DNA of 64,000 nucleotides from positions 4,247 through 68,246 of the forward strand of contig JABSOJ010000012.1 of the NCBI GenBank assembly GCA_013216005.1, written 5' to 3'. A model generated the notes under the pieces. The model did no database searches and was not told the DNA's origin. It was given only the letters and a program-made list of their open reading frames with translations. Made by a program: the position numbers and the translations under genes. This DNA is from Alteromonadaceae bacterium. GTDB taxonomy: Bacteria; Pseudomonadota; Gammaproteobacteria; Enterobacterales; Alteromonadaceae. Positions within the stretch are counted from its first letter, which is position 1. The number at the start of each line of letters is the position of its first letter. Below, in pieces: positions 1 through 12,200 of the stretch.

Positions 1-148
1 TTGATTTACCACAACCCGACGGTCCTGAAATAGATACGTATTCTCCTGCACGTATCTCCAAATTAACACCACGCAAGGCATAAGTATCCACATCCTCCAT
101 TTCAAAAACTTTTTTGACGTCCTTTAACAGAATTTTAATATCACTCAT
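1..148 (-). CDS. ABC transporter ATP-binding protein, MacB/LolD-like, N-terminal fragment that runs off the left edge
   Basis: Manual translation of the reverse complement from ATG (146..148) gives MSDIKILLKDVKKVFEMEDVDTYALRGVNLEIRAGEYVSISGPSGCGKS. The Walker A motif GPSGCGKS is present. A GAGGT Shine-Dalgarno lies about 8 nt upstream. The gene starts 53 nt downstream of the NRPS stop on the same strand. It is absent from the ORF track only because fewer than 60 aa are visible. Confidence 0.6.
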   Translation of the reverse strand, partial: MSDIKILLKDVKKVFEMEDVDTYALRGVNLEIRAGEYVSISGPSGCGKS

Positions 149-201
149 AAGTTATACCTCAATATTATCGTTTAATAGGGGGATCATTTTTCAAAAGTGT
201 T

Positions 202-3200
202 TCATTTTTTTGACAGTGAACTATCAATAAACATCGCCAAAGATTCAACAAACGAATGTTGCATCAAGGTGAAATGGTTTGCTTGTACCAAAGTCACGCT
301 CAACTGCCCCAGCAATGATTGCCAACTACTTTCATCTTGTACCATTTTACCTTCTTCTGCCCTGATCAGCTCAACCATTCCATCGTATGGCGCTGGCTGA
401 TAGTTAGCCAACATACGATCGTTGTCAGTTAACTGTGCAAAACGGCTGGTCAGTTCTTCAACTGTCATATCATTTGGTAGGACCGACTGTTCAATACCCA
501 AATCAACCACCAATTTAAGTAATTGGGCTATGGGTTGTTGCAACTGCTCCTGCGCAAACTGACCGTAATCAATCCCAAGTTCAGCTACCATGATAGCCAG
601 CAACTGACGTTCTCTTTCTGTATCAGATAACGCATTATCGTCTAAATCAGCAGGATTATAGCTGTCAATCATTAATAGCACTTTAACTTCATCACCATTA
701 CCAACCACTTGTTGAGCCATTTCCAACGCGATAACGCCGCCCATCGACCAACCAGCCAAACAATAAGCCTGGCTGTTGTCATTCGCTTTAATCTCATTCA
801 AATATAATACAGCTGTCTGTTCAATACTCACCTCTGCATTTTCAGGCATGACTATACCAATCACCGCTCCCCGATATTTCATTGCACCGACAAGTGCGCT
901 GTAACACACCACTTGACCACCAACGGGATGAACCAAATACAAGGGAGGCAAATCTGATCGCGATGGTTTAAGTGTTATCAACAAACTGTTCTGCTCATAA
1001 TTCCCGGCATTACTCCTGGTATAAGTACCTGCTATTAAACGGGCCTGCTCAATTAACTGAGCAGACTGCCGGATAGTCTGTAATTGGTATAAATTATTCA
1101 TACTCAGTTGGCATGAAAAGTGTTGGTTAACCTGTTTAAGTAAGCGACTAATGAGTAATGAGTGACCACCTAAGCTGAAAAAATTAGCGGTGACACTGAT
1201 TGTTTCAGCGTCCAGACCAAGCAACAGCGCCCAAATTTGCGTTAATTCCTGCTCAGTTACCGTACCGGGTTTATCCAAATCACCGTCATCAACCACAGCT
1301 TCGATCAGTGGCAAAGCCTTTTTATCCACTTTACCGTTAGGTGTCAACGGCCAGCATTCTACAATCACAATGCTTGAAGGCACCATGTACTGCGGTAAAA
1401 CCTGTGCTAATTGTTGTTTAATTGCAGCAGCGCCTAAGCCCTGTTCCTGCTCACTAACAACATAGGCTATCAATTGTCTGTCAGCATGCTGACCCACTTC
1501 CCTGACCATAGCCATAGCATCCGTTACCCTTTGGCAAAGTACCAACTGACGTTCAATTTCCTTGAGTTCAATACGATAACCACGTAATTTAACCTGTTCA
1601 TCAATACGTCCGACAAAAACTAAATTACCGTCTGCCAAATAACGAACCAAATCACCGCTTCGGTATAACCTATCTGAAACATCATCTCCATACGGGTTGG
1701 CAATAAATTGCGTATCAGTCAATGTTTGTTTATTCAAGTAACCGTCACTAACAGCCCGACCACCAATATAAAGCTCTCCACAAACACCTTGCGGCACAGG
1801 ATGCTGATGTTCATCCAGCACCATTAAATAAGTGTTATCGATAGCGGTTCCTATAGGAACACTTGGCATAGTTTCATGGTAACCACTAACATCAAAACTG
1901 GAAGCGATTACGGTAGTTTCAGTTGGACCATAAGTATTGAACAATTGCACCGAAGCACCAACACATTCATCCCACACTTTCAAATGGCTATCTGACATAG
2001 CTTCACCTCCCATGATGAGCAAGCGCAAGTCACTATTTTGTACCTGTGACGCCAGATCTTCGTCGGTACAGAGCAAATGCCAATAGGCTGTCGGTACTGT
2101 CACTATGGAAATATTACTACTTTGCACCAGTTGCCAAAACTCAGCCCATGCCGGCAAACCAGAACCTGATTGCAGCACTAATGTAGCACCGCTCAGCAAG
2201 GATAAACTCAGTTCTTCAACAAAAATATCAAAAGAAATTGATGAAAACTGCAATACCTTATCCGCAGGGTTCATCCGGTACTCTTGTCTTATTCCTTCCA
2301 GATAAGCCATCCAATTCTGATGGCTGATCATCACCCCTTTTGGCTGACCTGTTGTGCCGGAAGTATAAATAACATAAGCAAGGTTTGAAGAAGCAGGTTG
2401 ACAATCCAAACAAGGTTCAACGGTTGGAAAACCAGCCATTTTTTTAACTATACTCGGTTCATCCAACGCAAACACCTTAATATCGTCAGGCAAATCCAAA
2501 GCATCCGTTAATGAGCTTTGAGTCAATAAGCATTTCAAGCCGCTATCTTCCACCATGTATTTCAACCGTGCTGATGGATAAGTCGGATCTAAAGGCACGT
2601 AGGCACAGCCTGCTTTCAAAATGGCCAATACTGCAACGATCATTTCAACCGAGCGCTCAACACTTAAACCGATAAAATCTCCTGCGACACAATTATTGTC
2701 AATCAGGTAGTGTGCCAATCTGTTGGCTTGGCTGTTCAATTGAGCATAGGTCAATTGCTGATCATCAAATACTAGAGCAATATTGTCTTGCCCCTTGTTG
2801 ACCTGGCTGAGAAATTGTTGATGCACCAAAGCAACCGAGCTCCTTCGTGGCGACAAATCATTGGCTGTACGTATCCAGCGACTTGCCTCTTTTTCCCCCA
2901 TGAAAGACAAATCTTTGATCGCAGCAGTGGGGGCTTTAGCTATGCCACTGAGCAATTGTAATAAATGACGGTTAAACTGCTCAACTTTATCTTTGTCAAA
3001 CAAGGCTTTGTCATATACCCACAAAAAATCTATACCATTGTCGGAAAAGCTTGCTGAGATATCCAAATCAAACTTAGCCACAACCGTGCTGCCGTCTTGC
3101 GCGGCTTGCCCGTCACTCAATGCAGATATCGCCAGCCCCGGCAGATTTATCCTCTCTTCGTTTTGTTCTTCCAAAGACAACATAATTTGGAACAATGGCG

Positions 3201-6200
3201 TATGACCTGTACTTCGACTTACCCTACAATGCTCGACCAATTGTTCAAAAGGCACATCCTGATTGGTCTGGGCATCGAGGTTAACTTGTCGAGCGCGAAG
3301 CAGTAATTCGGTAAAATCTGAAACTTGGGTGTCAAGACGCAGCACCAAAGTATTAACGAAAAAGCCAATCAATGGGTCCAGTTCCCGTTGTAACCGATTT
3401 GCGACAGCAGTGCCAACCACAATGTCTTGGCTATTGCTGTGGTAAGACAATAATAGTGACACAGCAGCATGTAAGACCATGAAGGGTGTTGCATTATGGC
3501 TTAAGGCCAATTCATTCAGCGCATCAGCTACCTGCTTGTTGGCTCTACCTGTTATTTGTCCGCCAATGTTTGCACTGGTTTGAGGACGTTGCCGATCTAA
3601 CGTTAAACTGTGAACGGCAGGCACCCCAGCCAGTTGGTTGGTCCAATAATCCAGTTGATGTTGCAACTGACCATCATTATGTCTTTCTTGTTGCCAATGA
3701 GCATAATCGGCATATTGTACTTTTAATGGTGGTAAACTAGCTAATTTTCCATCAACGAACCCCTGATAAAGTTGACAAAATTCGCTGAGCAATACTTTCA
3801 TCGACCAACCATCTGAGGCAATGTGGTGCATGTTAAATAGCAGCACGTATTCATCACTACGTAACCGCACGGTTGTAGCCCGTAACATCAAAGATTGGCT
3901 TAAGTCGAAAATATGATCTGCTTCATGAGCAAACAAAATCTTAACTTCAGCCATTTGATCAGGTTCACTCAACGCGCTCAAATCAATCCTTGTCAGTGTA
4001 AATCGGGCATCTTCAACAATCTGTTGATATTGACCTTCATCTTCATCTTTGAATACTGTGCGTAATGGCTCATGACGCTCAACAATATACTGGAATGCTT
4101 TCTCGGCCATATCTTCATCAAAAACACCGCTGAGTTTAAGAGCCCCTGGCATATTATAAAATGCGCTGCCGTTGCTGAGTTGATCGATAAACCACAATCT
4201 GCGCTGAGCAAATGAAGAAGACAAGCGTTGACCGCTTCTTTTTATCACTGTCACAGGAGCTCTGACGACCTTTCCTTGCTGCTGTTCAATTATCAGAGCC
4301 AGTTGACCTAATTGCCCATATTCAAAAATATCACGCACTGACAACTCAACATTCAATTGAACCCGTATCACGCCAATCAAGCGCACCGACAACAAGGAAT
4401 GACCTCCAAGTACAAAGAAATTAGTCTCGCGACCTATTATCGCTACATCTACATTAAGTAACTCGGCCCATAACTCAACCAGCGCTTTTTCAGTGGTCGT
4501 TTTCGGGGCAACATAAACCGTCTGTGATAACAAACTATCAGGTTTTGGTAATCCTTTTTTGTCAATTTTACCGTTAGTGGTCAAGGGCCATTCAGTCACT
4601 GTCAGCCAAACCGAAGGCAACATATAATCTGGCAAGTTTTCACTTAACAAAAGAGCCAGCGAAGAAGGTTCTACGGTTTCATGTTCTTTTTTAAACTGCA
4701 CATACGCAACCAGCTGCTTGATACCTTCTTGCGTATCAAGTGCCAACACCAAACAACTCAACACACTTTCAAGAGCAATGATTTGCTGCTCTATTTCACC
4801 CAATTCAATCCGGTAACCCTGCACCTTAACCTGATCATCCACACGACCTATAAACGCCAGTTCACCATTGGGCTGAAATCTGGCTAAATCACCACTTTTA
4901 TACAAACGACCACTGTCACCATTATCGAACGGATTAGCAATAAACTTCTCAGCCATCAGTTCGGGTCGGTTCAGATATCCCCGACTCACTCCTGCTCCGG
5001 CTATAACCAGTTCTCCCACCGAGCCAAATGGCACCAGCTGGTTATGTTCATCAACCAAATAAATCTGTGTATTTTGTAATGGCACACCAATAGGCGTTGC
5101 CTGTTCATCCGTGGGCGTTTTCGCACCAACAATATGACGGGTACTGAAAACAGTAGTTTCTGACGGACCATAACCATTCACAATGGTCAGCTCGCTGATC
5201 TGCTGTTTAATGGTTAACAGGGTTAATGAGGCAATAGGCTCTACCCCGACCAACAAGTGTACCAGTGGCAGGTCATTACGCTGTTGCACCCGTGCCACCA
5301 AATCGTTAACAAAAAACGGTGGCACATAGGCTTGCTGAATTTTGCGTTGCGCCATCCAGTCAAATAGAGCTTTACTGTCATGACGAATTGAATCGCCGGG
5401 GATGTTGAGTGTCGCACCAAAACACAGCGCAGAAAAGATTTCATAAACCGATACGTCAAAGCAATAGCTGGTCCACCACATCGCCTGATTGTTTGACACC
5501 GAAGGGCACAAACGTTCAAAGTCACTCAGCAGATTCACAACATTTCGATGTTCAACCATTACCCCTTTGGGTTGCCCCGTAGTACCCGAAGTATAAATAA
5601 CATAAGCTAGATCAGAGGCGCTATGTTGTGCTGCCACATTCGGCTGACAAGATATATCAACTAAAATTTCGGCAATATTGTCTAATTCAATACACTGAAC
5701 TGCCAATTCGTCAAACAGCGGGCTTAACGCCGACAGCGTGACAAGGTGAGTCATTTGGCTGTCATTCACAATATAGTGTAATCGCGCCTGCGGATACTCA
5801 GGGTCCATCGGCACATAAGCTGCACCGGTCTTGAGTATCGCAAGAATACTTACCACTGTTTCTATTGAACGTGGCTGTGCAATACCGACCAAAGCACCTC
5901 GACCCACTCCCTGCGCTTGCAGGTACTGTGCTAAGCGGTTTGATTGTTGTTCCAGAGCGCCATATGTTATTTCACGGTCATCCAACGTCACCGCAACCCC
6001 ATCAGTTCTTTTTTTTGCCTGAGCGCTAAACAAACAATCCAGTAATGCATCTTGAGGATATTCAACTCTGGTATTGTTTAACGTTTTCACTAAGTATTCA
6101 GTTTCAGTCTTGGTCAGCATCGGCAATTGCGCCAGACTTATGGTCGGATTATCTGCTACAGCAACCAATACTCTATACAAATGATCATCCAACTGCTCAA

Positions 6201-9200
6201 TAGTATCAGCATTGAACAAGCCTTGATCATAAGTCCAGGTCAACTGAATGCCGTTGTCTGAAATAACCGCATCAACCGCCAGTTCAAACTTAGCTAGCAC
6301 CTGATCACTTTCCATTGCCCGTATACTCAACCCATCAAGGATCATTTCCCCTTCATTTGAAGGTTTTTTATCAGTCGTAACGTCCAGAGTAATTTGAAAC
6401 AATGGAGTATGCTGGGTACTACGAGTTACACTCAGTTGTTCAACAAGCTGTTCAAACGGAAGATCCTGATTAGCCTGGGCATCGAGGTTAATTTGTTTAA
6501 TATGATCAAGAAATCCATCAAAAGTATCACTTACCGATGTGTTGCAACGTAATACGAGTGTATTAACGAAAAAACCGATTAATGGGTCTAGTGATTTTTG
6601 CAATCTGTTCGCCACTGGTGTGCCAATAATAATATCTTTGCTGTTACTATGTCTGGACAACACCAAACTTAACACACCATGCAACACCATAAAAGGAGTG
6701 ACACCCTGCCCCAACGCAAGTGACTGTATAGCATGGGCTGTCTGACCCGTTATTTTACGGCTCACTGTCGCCCCTTGATGACCCGGCACCGCAGGTCTTG
6801 GATTATCCAGCTCCAAACTGTGAACTACTGGTAAATCATCCAGCTGTGCCGTCCAATACGACAACTGCCCTTCGAGAACTTCACCTTGTAGATAATTTTG
6901 CTGCCACTGAGCATAATCAGCATACTGCACGCTTAAGGGCGGCAAATGAAATGGTTTATTTTTAACCAATGCTTCGTAAAGTTGATAAAACTCACGCACC
7001 AACACTTGCATTGACCAGCCGTCCGAAGCAATGTGGTGTATATTGAGCAGCAACACACCATCGTCCGGAGCAAGCCTTATAAAACTTACCCTCAGCATCA
7101 AGCTGGCACTTAAATCAAAAACATGACTCGCTTCTTTACCAAACAATGTTTTAACTTGTGTCATTTGTTCAACTTCGGGTAAACCACTCAAATCAAAACG
7201 GTTCAATCTAAAGTGAACACCATCGACAATATGCTGGTACTGACCTTCATCAGCATATTTAAACACCGTACGTAAAGGCTCGTGACGATCAACAATATAC
7301 TGAAAAACCTTTTCAGCTGCCGTTTGATTAAAAGATCCCTTAACCCGCATAGCCCCTGGCATATTATAAAACGCGCTGCCGCCGCTGAGTTGGTCAATAA
7401 ACCACAATCTGCGTTGGGCAAAAGAAGAGGGTAGCCGAGGTCCTGCTCGGTCAATAGCTGCCACGGGGGCTCTGACAGCACGCCCCTGCATCTGCTCAAC
7501 CAATGATGCAAGTTGATCCAATTGTGAAAATTCGAATATATCGCGTATCGACAGTTCTACCTTTAACACATCGCGCAATTCACCTATCAGACGAACAGAC
7601 AATAAAGAATGCCCACCTAATTCAAAAAAGTTAGCATTTGCACTGATTTGATCAGCGTCGAGTTTGAGCAATTCTGCCCAAATGTTCACCAACGAGTTTT
7701 CTGTTGCAGTTTTAGGCTCAATATACTCATGTTGAGATAAATGATGCTTTACCGGCGGTAACGCTTTTTTGTCAATTTTACCATTAGCTGTCAAAGGCCA
7801 TTCTTTGAGTTCCACAAAAGCAGCTGGCACCATATAGTCAGGTAAAGCTCTAGCCAGAACCGAACGTAAATCAGTGTCACTTATTTGGCGACTGATAATG
7901 ATATAAGCCACTAATTGTCGATCACCTTCATCTAAAGGTGCCGCAACCACCAAAGCCGACTCAACTTGTGGCAGTTTTATTAACTGTTGTTCAATTTCAC
8001 CCAATTCAATGCGGAAACCGCGAATTTTAACCTGATCATCGATCCGTCCAACATACGCCAGCATGCCGTCTGGCAGGTAACGGACAAAATCGCCGGTTTT
8101 GTACATTTTTAGCCCGCTTTGATCGGCAAACGTATCAGGTAAATAACGTTCATCGGTCTGCTCAGGTAAATTTTGATAACCTCGCGAGACACCGTCGCCA
8201 CTTACATAGAGTTCACCAACTGAACCTGGCGGCACCATAACTTTCATTTCATCTAACACATAACAGCGAGTATTGGTGACAGGGGTTCCGATTGGCGGTT
8301 GTTCCGCCAAAAGACCAGTAAAAATGGCATAGGTAGAATATGTTGTATCTTCAGACGGACCATAAAGATTCATCACCCGTAAATCAGCCCCTGATTCGAA
8401 CAATCGGTTAACCGTGATTTTAGGCAAAGGTTCACCTGCCAAATTAACCACTTTGGCTGACGAAATGTCGACCTTGCTATCAAGTAAGGCCTTAATACCG
8501 GAGGGAACAGTATTGATTAATGTCGGTTTTAAATTCGGTTTGTCCAACAAAGCCAGAATATTGTCTACCAGCAATAATCGCCCACCGACACTTAAAGGAA
8601 AGAAGATCTCAAAAACTGACAAATCAAAGTTTACCGATGTACTGGCTAAAATAGATTGATATTCTTCAGGTCTATATTCTGCAGCTGCCCATTGCAACAA
8701 CGCCATGGCATTACCATGCTCGATCAGTACCCCTTTAGGTACACCGGTTGAACCCGAGGTGTAAATAACATAGGCCAAATTTTGTTGGTTAATCTTATTT
8801 AACTCGAATAAATCACCTAAATTTGTATCATAGTGCTTCAAACTGGCATTGAACTGAGAATCATCCAAAATCACCAGTTCTGCATCCTGAGCGAGCAATC
8901 CTTGCTGTAATGATTGGTGAGTCAGGATCAAGTTTAAACCAGTATCGCCAACAATATAATCAATACGTAATTCTGGGTAATTAGGATCAAGTGGCACATA
9001 TACGCCACCAACTTTGAGAATAGCCATCATCGCAACAATCATATCTTCATTACGGAGGGTACAAAAACCAACAAATTGACCGACACTCACCCCTTTTTCA
9101 ATCAGATAATGAGACAACTGATTGGCTCTTTCATTTAATTGCCGATAAGTAAGATATCTCTCTTCATTTTCAACGGCAACGGCATCAGGTGTCCGCTCAG

Positions 9201-12200
9201 CTTGCCGTTCAAAAGCATGGTGTAAACAAGGCAACCTTGGGGCTTTATTTTCAGTTTGATTAACCGTAATTTTTAAATAGTGAATATCTTTCACAGTTAA
9301 CAACGGTAACTCATACAAACAAGCATTGGGGCTTGTGATAATACCATGCAACAAAATAAGCAAACGCTCAGACAATTTAACGATTGTGTCAACATTAAAC
9401 AAATCAGTATTGTAGTTAAAACTAAAATTAATGCCCTGGTCAGTTTCATTGGCATTGAGGGTTAAATCAAATTTGGCCATTTCACCTGATTCACTATTAA
9501 GACTCAAAGGTGACAGTGTCAAATCAAACAATTGTGAAGGTGTAACTTCATTGGTGTCCATACTAAACATGATCTGAAATAACGGCGTATGACTACGGCT
9601 TCGACTAGGACGGAGAATTTCAACCAATTGTTCAAAAGGAATATCCTGATGTAACTGAGCATCAAAATTGATATCTCTGACACGAGTCAAAAAATCCACA
9701 AAAGATAACTGCGGTTCGCACTTGGTCCGCAATACCAACGTATTAACAAAGAAACCGACTAATCCTTCCAGCTCAGGACATGTCCTATTTGCCACAGGAG
9801 TGCCGATCATAATGTCGTTATTTTCGCTGTGACGGGATAAAAGTATAGCAAAGGCACTGTGCAACAACATGAACAGGCTCGCATTATGTTGTCTCGCCAA
9901 CAAGTTAAGCCTAGTTGTCGCCGTATCGTCAAGTTTAAAAGCGAAAGAAGCACCATTGAAAGTCTGTTCAATAGGTCGTGTATGATCTAAAGGCAAACTA
10001 TGAACTTGCGGTGCATTGGCTAATTGCTCAGTCCAATACCGCAACTTGCGTTCCAGTACTTCACCTTGCAGATAATCCCGTTGCCAAGCAGAATAATCTG
10101 CATATTGAACAGTCAGCGGCGGCAATTGAATGACCTTTTTGTGGATCAAAGCCTGATATAACAAGCCAAATTCTCTGACCAAAACGCCCATAGACCAGCC
10201 ATCACTTGCAATATGATGCATGGTAAACAGCAATACACCTTCTTGTTCGCCAAGCTTAATAAATGCCCCGCGCAACATCAATTCACAAGATAAATCAAAC
10301 AATGCCGATGATTCTTTAACCACTTCACGCTGAACTCTTTCTTGTTGTTCATCGTCAGATAACCCTGTCAAATCAATACTGTTGAGTTGAAATTTAACGT
10401 CTTGCAATATTTTTTGGTATTTACCCTGATGCTCAGATTCAAACACCGTTCGCAGAGGTTCATGACGTTCAATCAATAATTGAAATACTGACCCGGCAAG
10501 GGCAACATCAAATGTGCCGGCAACCTGTAAAGCTACCGGCATATTATAAAATGCACTGCCACTGTTAAGTTGGTCAATAAACCACAAACGTTGTTGAGCG
10601 AAAGAGGTCAATAGCGGTTGATCATCCCGCGTTACTTTTAATATCGACCCGCCACCTTGCTGTACTTCACCCACTTGTATCGCTTTTGCTAATGCCGATA
10701 ATACTGAAAGCTCAAAAATATCCCGAACTTGCAGTTCAACATTATGTTGTTGCCGTATTGAACCTATCAAGCGCACGGCCAACAGCGAATGACCACCCAG
10801 AGCAAAAAAGTCTGCTGTCGCACTGATTTTGTCACTGTCAAGGTTGAGTAATTCAGCCCAAATTACCGCTAGTGCCAGTTCTGTATCTCCCTCAGGCGTG
10901 ATAAATTCACCTGCCAAATCTAGCATATCAGGTGCAGGCAAAAGTTTACGGTTAATTTTTCCGTTTGCACTGAGCGGCCATTTTTCCAATATAACAAAAG
11001 CTGCCGGAACCATGTATTGTGGTAGTGTTTGTTGCAGATGTTCTCTCATTGTAATAATCAATTGCTCTGCATCTGTCCCCTTTTGGTTCGGCACGGCGTA
11101 GGCTACCAACTGAGTTTGCAGCCCTTCGTTGCGGGCCATTACTAGTGCAGATTGTACCGCTGTAACCCCTGTCAATTGATTTTCTATCTCGCCTAGTTCA
11201 ATACGGAAACCTCGGATCTTGACCTGATGATCTATTCGACCAATGTATTCAATCTGACCATCGGTCATAAAACGAACCAAATCACCTGTTTTATACAAAC
11301 GATCAGTTAGCAACCCAGACAACGGATTTGCAATAAACTTTTCCCCCGTCAATTCTGATTGATTGAGGTATCCCCTGGCTAACCCGACACCACCGATGTG
11401 TAATTCTCCCACCACGCCAAATGGCACTAATTTATTATATTTGTCCAATATAACCAGCTGGATATTTTGTATTGGTTTGCCGATAGGCACGGTATGCAGA
11501 ACAGACTCAGGTTGACATTGCCAGAAACTGACATCAATAGATGCTTCAGTTGGACCATACAAATTATGCAACAACGCATTGCAGCCACTGGCAAAAAAAG
11601 CATCCTGCAAATCTTTGGGTAAGGCCTCGCCACTACAGAAAACTTGCCTGACCGATCTGCAACTTGACCAGTCGCTACCAAGCAGCATCATATTGAGCAT
11701 TGACGGCACAAAATGCAACGTGGTAACACCTTGTTGTTGAATCAACTGTGATAAATATTGCGGTTCTTTGTGACCCTCAGGTTTTGCTATCACCATTCTT
11801 GCACCGTATAGCAAGGGCCAGATAAATTCCCATACCGACACGTCAAAACTGTAAGGTGTTTTTTGCAACACAACATCTTCAGCGGTCAATTGATATTCCC
11901 TTTGCATCCAGTCAACACGGTTTACTAAACCCTGATGAATACAAACAACCCCTTTAGGTTCTCCTGTAGAACCGGAAGTGTAGATAACATAGGCACTAGA
12001 AAGCGATGAAACCTTGTCACGATTAATATTATCTGCCGGTCTTTGTTGTAATTGAGCATCAAAGTGTTGATCGTCCTGACAATACTGTTTGATATGATTT
12101 TTCTGGCAAAATTCAGCTAAAATAGCCTGTAATGAGGTTTGAGTTAACACCACACTGGGCTTGCTCGCATTAAGCATTTTTTCAAGCCTTGCAGTCGGCA

